Positions 1-10,000 of a DNA stretch of 31,910 bases are shown piece by piece. The stretch comes from a virus (Duplodnaviria > Caudoviricetes): the IMG/VR virus record IMGVR_UViG_3300031963_000604, positions 1-31,910 of that record. One strand, given 5' to 3'. The notes below the pieces were generated by a model. It was given only the letters and a program-made list of their open reading frames with translations, searched no databases and was not told where the DNA came from. How positions within the stretch are numbered: the first letter of the stretch is position 1; the number at the start of each line of letters is the position of its first letter. Made by a program: the position numbers and the translations under genes.

Positions 1-1
1 T

Positions 2-3000
2 CCTGGTATAGCAAAAACTTTCCAGTCTGGATATGCTTCTATAATTAACAAGAACAATTATCCGATACTAAATGTTATTAAAAAAAGAGGAGAATTTTCT
101 TTAAATGAACAACTTTTTGTTGATAGTAGATCTGGATTTTCTGAACAGGATGTTTATGTATACTCAATTAGAAATGAATTCATTAAAGTAAAAGGTAGAT
201 ACTATTTAAAGAAAGGGGATAAAATTAAAGGTAAAGTTAGTGGGATATTAGCAGATGTAGTATCTGTCAATGATAGTAAATCTAGATTTAAAATAGATTA
301 TTCTTCTAGACAAAATATTGGATGGAGAAATGATATTGGAAAAGTGAGTGAGGATTATCAAGTATTGCCAGATAATGATTACTATCAAAATCTTTCATAT
401 TCTATTAAGAGTCCAATAACATGGGATCAATTCTCAAGCTCTGTTAATAGTGTTTTACACCCTTCGGGGTTGAAGAATTTTGCAGATGTGGGTATATTAT
501 CCTCAACTAGAAGTTCTGCCGGATTGTCTGGAACAACAACAAGTCTTGCCGTTTTAGATATTGTTGAAGAAAAACGAGTTGATGTCATCAATAATTTTGA
601 CAACGTTATTGATTATGATACAAGAACTAATCCAGATCAATCAAAATATTTGAAAATTCAAAATAGAAAATTAACAGATTATACAGAGTGTAGAACAAAT
701 AGAGTTATTATACATGATGATATTAGTTCTAGATTTTCGAGTAGAGGATTTGAAGATCCTTTTGTAGAAATAGAAGAAATTAGTACAGCAGATACTCATG
801 TAAGATATACAATTCAAGTTGTAGATCCTGATATATTTGATTCCCAATTAACAGAATTAGTTGTACAAACAACAACTCTAGATTCTACATTATTTGAAAA
901 ATATACTTCCTATACAAAAGAACTACTTGGGAATTTTAGTGCAAATGTAGATTCTTCTGGTAGGAAAACTTTAATATTTACACCAACTAACAGATTTACT
1001 CGAGATCATGATATAAAAGTATTAAAGAAAACTTTTGAAACTATATCTACTGGAATAGGAACTCAAAGTATCGGATCAGTTAATCTAATTGGAAATAATT
1101 TAATAGGAATTTCTAGTGTAGGAACAGCAACAAGTGTAAGGACAATTGCACAATTTTCTAATACTAACTTTAATGGTTTATTTGCAAATCTTGAAATTTC
1201 TAATTCTCTCACCAAAGAGGTAAATTATATTGAAGTTGCATTAGATTTTGATGGGTCCAACACTCAAATGAGTGAATATTATTTTGATACAACATCTCAA
1301 AGTTATAGTTCTTCATCTATTGGACTTGTAACTGCAATATATGATTCAGTATCTGGAATCGTATCATTTAGGGTTAATAATGATCAAAAAAATGCTATTG
1401 ATGTTAGAGCAAACATAGTTGGATTTGCAGCAACATCTTCTGGAATAGGAACTTATAGATTTTTAGTTACAGGTCAACCAGCTGGATCAGAAAGAAGTGT
1501 AAAACTAGAATCTACAGTTGGTTATGGTAAAACTGCAATTCGTGTGGGAACATTTGATTCCAATATCATTACATCTTCATCATCAATTGTAAGAGTTTCA
1601 TGTGGAAATAGTTCTGCAATACATCAAGTTTCTATTTTAAGAGGAAGTGATGATGTTGTTGTAGTTCCAGGTCCTTTTTCTACCATAAACAATGTATCTG
1701 GTTTAGGAACATTTGGTAGTGAAGTTAGTGCTAACCAATTCTATCTTAATTTTTATCCAGATCTATTGGATGAAAATACAACGGTTCAGGCATTTAATGA
1801 GGTATTTTATACCCTTAGTGATTTTGATAATCTTCCTAGACCTTTGATTTATGGAAATGGCGCTCAAAATGTTTTCCTATCGGCATATGATAGTATCAAT
1901 GGAACAAGGGCAAATAAAGTTAACTTCAATTTAACTTTTGATGGAAGACCAATTTATAAAAAAGTATTTGATCCTTCCAATGTCAGCACTGTTGATTTTG
2001 AAACAGGTGTATTTACCATAACAGATCATCTTTTCAATACTGGGGAAGAATTAATTTATACACCCAAATCTACTTTTATTGGTGTTGGTCAAAGTGCAAT
2101 GGGTATTGGATCAACTGCAAACTATCTTGGTATTGTTACTAATAGATTGCCAGAAAGAGTATATCCTATTGCACTTACACCAAATACTTTCAAGTTAGCA
2201 ACTCAAAGGTCTTACGCAAATCTAGGGATTGCAGTTACTTTTACTGATAGTGGTCTGGGTAATGCTCATGAGTTTGAAATGACTAAAAAACTCAGTAAGA
2301 GTGTTATCTCTCTTGATGGTATTGTACAACAACCAATAACTTATACTCCAATTTCACATACACTACAATACAATAGTGGTTCTATCTCTGCAGGAATTGC
2401 AACATTCAATCTTAGTGGAATATCATCTATTCAACCAAGAGATTTGATAAAGATTGATAATGAATATATGAAAGTTGTTGAAGTTGGATTTAGTACCAAT
2501 GTTGGTGGATCTCTTCTTGGACCAATAAATGGTATTATACAGTCTGGTACAGCAGCAACTTTCCCAACAATTTCTGTTGTTAGAGCATCTGTTGGGAGTG
2601 CGGCAACCACTCATACCGATGGTTCAAATGTACAAGTTTATAGAGGTTCATTCAATATTATTGGATCAGAGATCTGGTTTGTTGATCCACCAAAAGGAAA
2701 CACAAGATCTAGAAGAGATGAAAGTAATCTACCATATGTTAGAGCACAATATGCTGGTAGAACTTTCTTGAGATCAAATTATGATACAAATATGGTGTTT
2801 GATGATATATCTGATCAATTTACAGGAATTGGTAAAACATATACAATGAGAGTTGAAGGTATTAATACCACAGGAGTTACAATTGGAAATGGAATCTTGT
2901 TTATCAACGGAGTATTCCAAACACCAACAACTCTTAATAATGCAGGCAATAATTATGAGTTTGCAAATGACAATGTTGCCGGTATTTCAAGTGTGGTATT

Positions 3001-5476
3001 TACTGGAATTACTTCAACTGATGGAACATACATTAAATCTGATTTTGATATCAACCAAAATCAATTACCACGTGGTGGTCTAATTGTTTCTCTTGGATCC
3101 ACACCAGGTCTAGGATATGCTCCACTTTTAGGGGCAAAAGTTAGAGCCAATCTTAATGGTTCTGGATCAATTACCAGTATCACTGGCATTTCACACACAG
3201 GTCCAGGACAGTCAATTAGTACAGCATCATATAATAATCAAACTGGTATTGTTGAAATTACTACAACAACAGATCATAATTTTGTTGGCGGTGATAGAAT
3301 CAAACTAGTTGGTTTAGGATTTACTTGCCCATCTGGTGCTGGTATAGTTTCATACTTCCCATCCTCAGGATTAAATTATTCTTATGATATTACTGGGATT
3401 ATTTCTGCAAGAACTTTCATTGCAAATGTAGGAACAAGCACTCTACCTCATTCATATATTGGATTTGGTACTGTCTTCCCCTGGTATGATTTAACTGAAG
3501 GATCTGGATATAGAGGTTCAATTTCTATTGGAGTTACTGATTCAAATCATACAGGAACTGAGGCAAGTATTAGTGCTGTTGTTGGTGCTGGTGGAACTTT
3601 ATCATTTATAGTTAACAATGGTGGATCTGGATATGTTGAACCATACATTGAGGTTCCAGAACCAGTTTATGAAAATCTTGAAGTTATTGGTGTTTCCAGA
3701 GCTGGACTAGGAGCAACAACTGATACAGGTTCAAACTTACTAATGAATATTAAAATTGGTCCATCCCCATCTACCGTTGGAATTGGATCAACACTATTCT
3801 TAGTAGAATCTTTCCAAATATCAAGACCAGGATATGCTTTCCGTGTTGGTGATGTATTTAAACCCGTTGGTCTTGTTACCGCAAAAGATTTTTCAGAACC
3901 AATTTCGGAATTCCAACTTGAAGTTGTTGAAACATTCCAAGATTATTTTTCATCTTGGTCTTTTGGTGAGATGAATTATATTGATAGTATATCAACTTTG
4001 CAAAATGGGAGCAGGACTAGATTCCCACTTAATTATAATGGACAACTTTTAAGTTTTGAAATTGATCCAAATAATCCTCTTTCCAGTTCAATAGATCTTG
4101 ATGCTGTTCTTCTTATTTTCATAAATGGCGTCATACAAGAACCAGGATATGCTTATCAGTTTAGTGGTGGCACTTCATTTGAATTTTCAGAACCACCAAA
4201 AGCATCTGATAAGGTAGATATTTTCTTCTATCTTGGGCAAAATGGAGTTGACATTACTTTGATTGATGTTAATGAGACTATCAAAATAGGTGATGATGTA
4301 TTTGTTCGGAAAAATCCAAGATATTCCACAACCCTGGATCAATTTAGAGAAAGAACAATTGTAGATATTGTCGGTTCCGATATTATTGAAACTGATAATT
4401 ATGTTGGATCTGGAATTAATGAAACTGATTTTAGACCAATAGAATGGATAAAGCAAAAAGATGATAAGTACATTAAAGGTGATGTTGTTTATAAGTCACG
4501 TGATTCTATTGAACCAATTATTTACCCAACTGCTAAAATTATTGGTGACATTAGATCTGATAACTCCAGTATTTTTGTAGACAATGCAGAGTTCTTTAAT
4601 TATGAGGAGGATAATTATGGAATAACTATATCATCTTTTGATGGGATAATAGTTCAAGGAACTGATCCAGTTTCAGCAGCATTTACTGCAACTGTTTCAA
4701 TTGCAGGAACAATTTCAAATATTACAATAACTAGTTCTGGTATTGGATATTCAGCATCTTCAATTCCAGTTAAAATATCTGCTCCACCATCAATTGGTGT
4801 GGGTATTGGAACAACAGCATCTGCAGTTGCGAGTATTTCTGGCGGAAGCGTAGTTTCTGTGACGATTACGAATCCAGGATTTGGATACACTCAATCAAAT
4901 CCACCCCAAGTTATATCTGAAATTCCAAAACCAACAACCGAACTTGTTAAATCTATTGCAAATGTTCAAGGATTCTCTGGAATAATTACAGGAATTAGCA
5001 CTACAACAGGAACTGGTGGTCATCCTCTTGCTTTAAAAATTAATTTTAGATCAAATTCATCTGACGCTAATGATTTACAACCTGGATATCCAATATTTGT
5101 TTATAATACAACAGTTGGTAGTGGTTTAACATCAGTTAATAGTGGAAACTCATCTATTGTTGGTATAGGCACTAGTTTCTTAGATAATGTTTATATTGTC
5201 AACTCAAAAATTAATTTTGGTCCAAATGCAGAAATAATATGCAACATACACAGTAATAGCAACATTATTGGTATAAACACTTCTGGATCCACTACACTAC
5301 CACTTGGAAATATTTCTTGGGGAAGACTATATAATTTCTCCACAAGAACAAAGGCGGTTTCAATAGGTGTTACTGGTTTGACAGTTGACTCTGGGTTATC
5401 AACATTCCCAACCATCCAAAGGAGATCTTTTGGATTAAGAAATACTGGTGGAATTAGAAAACTTTCTAACATTTAA
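2..5476 (+). CDS. gp7: Baseplate wedge initiator (gp7-like), giant cyanophage-type; 5'-partial
   Basis: The frame of the 344..5476 ORF is open back to base 2 (PGIAKTFQSGYASIINKNNYP...), so the GTG at 344 is internal. Contains the gp7-type HPxG motif (VLHPSGLKNF) and many Gly/Ser/Thr beta-rich repeats, and lies directly upstream of gp8. Confidence 0.8.
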   Translation, partial: PGIAKTFQSGYASIINKNNYPILNVIKKRGEFSLNEQLFVDSRSGFSEQDVYVYSIRNEFIKVKGRYYLKKGDKIKGKVSGILADVVSVNDSKSRFKIDYSSRQNIGWRNDIGKVSEDYQVLPDNDYYQNLSYSIKSPITWDQFSSSVNSVLHPSGLKNFADVGILSSTRSSAGLSGTTTSLAVLDIVEEKRVDVINNFDNVIDYDTRTNPDQSKYLKIQNRKLTDYTECRTNRVIIHDDISSRFSSRGFEDPFVEIEEISTADTHVRYTIQVVDPDIFDSQLTELVVQTTTLDSTLFEKYTSYTKELLGNFSANVDSSGRKTLIFTPTNRFTRDHDIKVLKKTFETISTGIGTQSIGSVNLIGNNLIGISSVGTATSVRTIAQFSNTNFNGLFANLEISNSLTKEVNYIEVALDFDGSNTQMSEYYFDTTSQSYSSSSIGLVTAIYDSVSGIVSFRVNNDQKNAIDVRANIVGFAATSSGIGTYRFLVTGQPAGSERSVKLESTVGYGKTAIRVGTFDSNIITSSSSIVRVSCGNSSAIHQVSILRGSDDVVVVPGPFSTINNVSGLGTFGSEVSANQFYLNFYPDLLDENTTVQAFNEVFYTLSDFDNLPRPLIYGNGAQNVFLSAYDSINGTRANKVNFNLTFDGRPIYKKVFDPSNVSTVDFETGVFTITDHLFNTGEELIYTPKSTFIGVGQSAMGIGSTANYLGIVTNRLPERVYPIALTPNTFKLATQRSYANLGIAVTFTDSGLGNAHEFEMTKKLSKSVISLDGIVQQPITYTPISHTLQYNSGSISAGIATFNLSGISSIQPRDLIKIDNEYMKVVEVGFSTNVGGSLLGPINGIIQSGTAATFPTISVVRASVGSAATTHTDGSNVQVYRGSFNIIGSEIWFVDPPKGNTRSRRDESNLPYVRAQYAGRTFLRSNYDTNMVFDDISDQFTGIGKTYTMRVEGINTTGVTIGNGILFINGVFQTPTTLNNAGNNYEFANDNVAGISSVVFTGITSTDGTYIKSDFDINQNQLPRGGLIVSLGSTPGLGYAPLLGAKVRANLNGSGSITSITGISHTGPGQSISTASYNNQTGIVEITTTTDHNFVGGDRIKLVGLGFTCPSGAGIVSYFPSSGLNYSYDITGIISARTFIANVGTSTLPHSYIGFGTVFPWYDLTEGSGYRGSISIGVTDSNHTGTEASISAVVGAGGTLSFIVNNGGSGYVEPYIEVPEPVYENLEVIGVSRAGLGATTDTGSNLLMNIKIGPSPSTVGIGSTLFLVESFQISRPGYAFRVGDVFKPVGLVTAKDFSEPISEFQLEVVETFQDYFSSWSFGEMNYIDSISTLQNGSRTRFPLNYNGQLLSFEIDPNNPLSSSIDLDAVLLIFINGVIQEPGYAYQFSGGTSFEFSEPPKASDKVDIFFYLGQNGVDITLIDVNETIKIGDDVFVRKNPRYSTTLDQFRERTIVDIVGSDIIETDNYVGSGINETDFRPIEWIKQKDDKYIKGDVVYKSRDSIEPIIYPTAKIIGDIRSDNSSIFVDNAEFFNYEEDNYGITISSFDGIIVQGTDPVSAAFTATVSIAGTISNITITSSGIGYSASSIPVKISAPPSIGVGIGTTASAVASISGGSVVSVTITNPGFGYTQSNPPQVISEIPKPTTELVKSIANVQGFSGIITGISTTTGTGGHPLALKINFRSNSSDANDLQPGYPIFVYNTTVGSGLTSVNSGNSSIVGIGTSFLDNVYIVNSKINFGPNAEIICNIHSNSNIIGINTSGSTTLPLGNISWGRLYNFSTRTKAVSIGVTGLTVDSGLSTFPTIQRRSFGLRNTGGIRKLSNI

Positions 5477-5484
5477 TAATGAGA

Positions 5485-5492
5485 TATAAATA
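5485..5492 (+). promoter_or_regulatory. T4-type late promoter TATAAATA
   Basis: Exact match to the T4 gp55-dependent consensus, in the gap 17 nt upstream of the gp8 ATG. Confidence 0.8.
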
Positions 5493-5509
5493 CATAAAAA
5501 AGTTTAAAT

Positions 5510-7069
5510 ATGTCAGCAATTGTTACTGATCAATTTAGAATTCTGAATGCCAGTAATTTTGTAGATTCTGTTGAGTCTACTGATAATTCATACTATGTTG
5601 TAGTCGGTCTTCCCAACCCAACGGTTGTTGGTTTTGGAAGATCTACTTCATGGAATCTAAATCCTCCCGCACCTATTGATAATTTTTCATATAACAAACA
5701 TTATTTGGATACTATATTATATGGTAAAAGAATAACTGCAGCAAATATAAGAAGAATAATTAGAAGGATTGATTGGGTAGCAGGAAATAGATATGAAATG
5801 TATAGGGATGATTATAGTATAATTAACCCAAGTCCATTAACAAACTCTTCGAGATTGTATGGTGCAAATTACTACGTAATGAATTCTGATTATAGAGTTT
5901 ATATTTGCATTGAAAATGGTTCAAGTGGATCTAGTCCAAAGGGAAATGTCTCCCAAGATGAACCAACATTTACTGATTTAGAACCTTCCAGAGCGGGAGA
6001 TAGTGGAGATGGATATATTTGGAAATATTTGTTTACGGTTTCTCCGAGCGATATTGTAAAATTTGATTCGACCGAATATATTACGGTTCCTAATAATTGG
6101 TTGACATCAACTAATTCTCAAATAGTTGCGGTTAGAGAATCAGGAGATTCTACGGCAAATAATAATCAAATTAAAACTGTTTATATTGAAAAATCTGGAT
6201 CCAATTATTCTAATGGATTAGGTCAGGAATTATCAATCATAGGAGACGGGAGTGGTGGTAGAGTAAGGGTTGATGTTGAGGGTGGTCAAATAACAAATAC
6301 AGTTGTTACTTCTGGCGGAAAAGATTATAGTTATGCTCTCGTTGATCTCGGATCAATTAATACAAATTCCATAGGAAATAGTGCTAAATTAATTCCAATT
6401 ATACCCCCATCAAAAGGGCATGGATATGATCTTTACACTGAACTTGGGACAGATAAAGTTTTAGTTTATGCTAGATTTGATGATTCTACAAAAGATTTCC
6501 CAGTTGATACTAGTTTTGCACAAGTTGCAATTATAAAAAATCCTACATCAATAGGATCAACTCAGGTATATACTGAAAATACCTTTACAGGTTTATACTC
6601 TTTAAAGTTTTCCATAGTAAGCGGAACTCCATCTATTGGAGAAAAAATAGAACAAATAGTTTCTGGCGGTACCGGAAGAGCTTATGGGTATGTTGCTTCT
6701 TGGGACAGTGAAACTAAGGTTTTAAAATATTTTAGAGATCGTTCTTTATATTATAATCAAACAACACTTGATCAACAAGATTACGTTGGTATATCTACAA
6801 ATGGAAGACCATATTCTTTCGAATCTTCAGCAAATCAAATTCTTGGAAAATCATCAGGATTTTCAGCATCAATTGATGCTGGATTTTCGGGAATATCTAC
6901 AAATCCAACAGGAGCAAAGTTAATTAATTTAGGTGTTAATTTCACCTCAGGTATGGCATCTCCTGAAATAAATAAAGGATCAGGAGATATAATTTATCTC
7001 GATAATCGACCCTCCATCAGTCGAAGTTCGCGCCAAAAAGAAGACATCAAAATTGTACTGGAATTTTAA
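5510..7069 (+). CDS. gp8: Baseplate wedge subunit gp8
   Basis: Motifs RRIDW, YYVMNSDYRVYICIEN, EPTFT, DGYIWKYLF, PxxGHG and a C-terminal GDIIYLDNR...RQKEDIKIVLEF typical of T4-like gp8; follows gp7. Confidence 0.93.
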   Translation: MSAIVTDQFRILNASNFVDSVESTDNSYYVVVGLPNPTVVGFGRSTSWNLNPPAPIDNFSYNKHYLDTILYGKRITAANIRRIIRRIDWVAGNRYEMYRDDYSIINPSPLTNSSRLYGANYYVMNSDYRVYICIENGSSGSSPKGNVSQDEPTFTDLEPSRAGDSGDGYIWKYLFTVSPSDIVKFDSTEYITVPNNWLTSTNSQIVAVRESGDSTANNNQIKTVYIEKSGSNYSNGLGQELSIIGDGSGGRVRVDVEGGQITNTVVTSGGKDYSYALVDLGSINTNSIGNSAKLIPIIPPSKGHGYDLYTELGTDKVLVYARFDDSTKDFPVDTSFAQVAIIKNPTSIGSTQVYTENTFTGLYSLKFSIVSGTPSIGEKIEQIVSGGTGRAYGYVASWDSETKVLKYFRDRSLYYNQTTLDQQDYVGISTNGRPYSFESSANQILGKSSGFSASIDAGFSGISTNPTGAKLINLGVNFTSGMASPEINKGSGDIIYLDNRPSISRSSRQKEDIKIVLEF

Positions 7070-7072
7070 ACA

Positions 7073-10000
7073 ATGCCACAGAAGACTAACCTAAATGTAA
7101 GCCCTTACTATGACGATTTTGATAAGGAAGATAATTATTACAGAGTGTTATTTAAACCTGGATATCCAATCCAGGCAAGAGAACTAACTGGTCTTCAATC
7201 AATTTTACAAAATCAAATAGAGTCTTTTGGAAGTCATCTATTTAAAGAAGGATCTATGGTTATTCCAGGTGGAATCACCTGCGATAATGCCTTCACAACA
7301 ATTAAAGTTAATCCAGATCATCTTGGAATAGATGTTACAGTTTATCTTGATGCACTAACAACTGCCAATAATAGTAGAGGAGTTAGAGTAAGAGGTCAGT
7401 CTTCTGGAATTGTTGGATCACTTAAAGGATATCTTTTACCACCAGAAGAGGGTGTCGAAGATATTACTTTATTTGTAAAGTATCTTGATGGTGGTTCTGA
7501 TGGAGAAACTTTACAATTTTCTAATGGGGAAATTCTCATTCTAGAGGAGAATGTTACCTACGGCAATACAACTTTGAATAGTGGTGATAGTGTTATCACA
7601 CTAGTTTCATCCAATTCAACTAGCACTGGATATGCGGTTGGAGTTTCAAAGGGTGTATATTTCATCAGAGGTGTATTTGTTGATGTACCAAATACACAAA
7701 TTGTCTTAGATCCATATAACAACGAACCTTCATATAGAGTTGGTTTTGATATTCTTGAAGAAATTATTAGTTCTGATGATGATTCAGATCTTAATGATAA
7801 TGCAAAGGGATTTACTAATTACGCAGCGCCAGGTGCTGACAGACTAAAAATAAGCGTAAAATTAGCGAAGAAGCAATTACTCGATTTTAATGATACCAAC
7901 TTCGTAGAGTTAGTTAAGGTAGATCAAGGACAAATTAAAAAATTACAAAATAAGTCAGAGTATAGTATAATCAAAGATTATTTTGCAAAAAGAACTTTTG
8001 ATGAATCAGGCAACTATGCAGTAAATCCATTTAGAGTTACAGTTGCTAATTCACTCAATAATGAAACAGGAAATGGTGGTCTTTATAATGATGGTCAAAG
8101 AACTGAGCAAGGCAATATTCCAAATGATGACTTAATGTGTGTTAAAGTTTCTGCTGGAACTGCATATGTTAAAGGATTTGATATTGATTTAGTTGGATCA
8201 ACTGTTGTTGATGTAGAAAAACCAAGAACGACTAAGAGAGTAGATGGATCTCTTGTCCCATTTGCAATGGGTAGTCTATTAAAAGTCAACAATGTTCATG
8301 GAGTTCCATATATTAATATTGGAGCTTCTGTGAGTGGTACGCAAACAACACAATCGAATATTATTGAACTTTATAATAGAAGAAGAGATAGTGGTGGCGC
8401 TGGACCAGGAACGCCAGGAGGAGGTGGACAAAAAATCGGTGAGGCAAGAGTTTATTGGTATGGTGTTTCTGATGCCCCATATTCTACCGACAGTACTGAA
8501 TGGGATCTATACTTATTTGATATTCAAACATATACTACATTATATCTTTCAAGATCATACACAACAACAGAAGTTCCACTGGGTTCTTTTGTTAGAGGTC
8601 TTTCCAGTGGAGCAACTGGTTATTTGGCAGCAAAGCCAAATGCTTCCGCTTTTAGTCTTTCTCAAACTTCTGGAACATTTTTATCTGGTGAGCAGGTAAT
8701 TATAAATGAAGATCCACAACTAAAAATTGGTGTAACTACTTTAATTGCATATACTATTGAAGACATAAAATCAGTATATCAAGATTCTACAACATTAAAC
8801 ACTTCACTTCAAAGTGATTTCTTTGCTGATACAGTTCTTTATGAAAGAACACCACCAAACTTTTCTATTACTGATAAATTAACTGTTAGTGGTGGAAATA
8901 CTGGAAAAGTCCCTGGAAGATTTTTTTCAGGTACTACTGGAATTAAAACAGAAGCAATTATTAGATATCAAAGTGGGCAAACAGATCCAAACTTCAATAG
9001 AATAACATCAGTTGCTGCTGATGGATCTTCAATCGGTCTTGCTGCCGTTGGATATGCAATTACATCGGTATGTAGATCTAGTGTAGACAATGGGGATTCA
9101 GTGTTCTCATTGATGGAACCCAAAGTTTTAAACATTATTTCCTCAGGATTATACACAAATTTACCAAAGATTAACATTGCATCAGTTGACTTATCATCTT
9201 CTGAACTCACTATATCTAAACAAATTACAGGAAGGAGCACTAGTGCAACTGGATCTCTAACAATAACTACTGCTGATGCGCTAGACACTAGCGCAGGAAT
9301 TACTAGTGTATTCTTTGAATCTTTTGATGCCGAAAGATATTCTGTTCATTATAGTGATGGAACAACTGATCGTTTGACTTCCAGTAAATTTACTCTCGGT
9401 CCTGATGGATCTTCTGCGATCTTTACTGGTTTAAGAAGTAATCAAAATAATGTAACCGTTAATGTGACTCTTAAAAAGAGGCAGGTTGCAAATAAATCGA
9501 AAGATTTTATAAGAAGTAGACAAGTATCAATTACAAGAACGAGTGGAATTTCAACACAATCTGGATCAACTTCCAGTGGTCTCACTACCAGCAAATACTA
9601 TGGTCTTAGAGTCGAGGATGAAGAGATTTGTTTGAATGTTCCAGACGTTGTAAATATTAGAGCAGTCTACGAGTCTACAAATTCTTCCGTACCAGTTTTA
9701 GATAAACTAACATTTGCTACTGGACTTTCATTAGATGTGAATGCCATTACAGGAGAAAAAATCGTTGGAGATAATAGTAGAGCAGTTGCACAAGTTGTTA
9801 ATAAAGGATCTTCAACCATAGAATTTGTATATTTGAATGAAAATAATTTTGAAGTTGGTGAAGCAGTTACTTTTAAAGAATCCTCTATAATTGCAGTTAT
9901 TCAAGATATTACTTTTGGAAGTTATATTAATAAGACCACTAACTACATTTTAGATAAGGGTCATAAAAATCAGTATTGTGATTATTCGAGAATAAGGAGA

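Noticed and set aside
344-346. GTG at 344 as the start of the first gene
   Set aside because: The frame is open to the window edge, so the gene starts upstream of this window.
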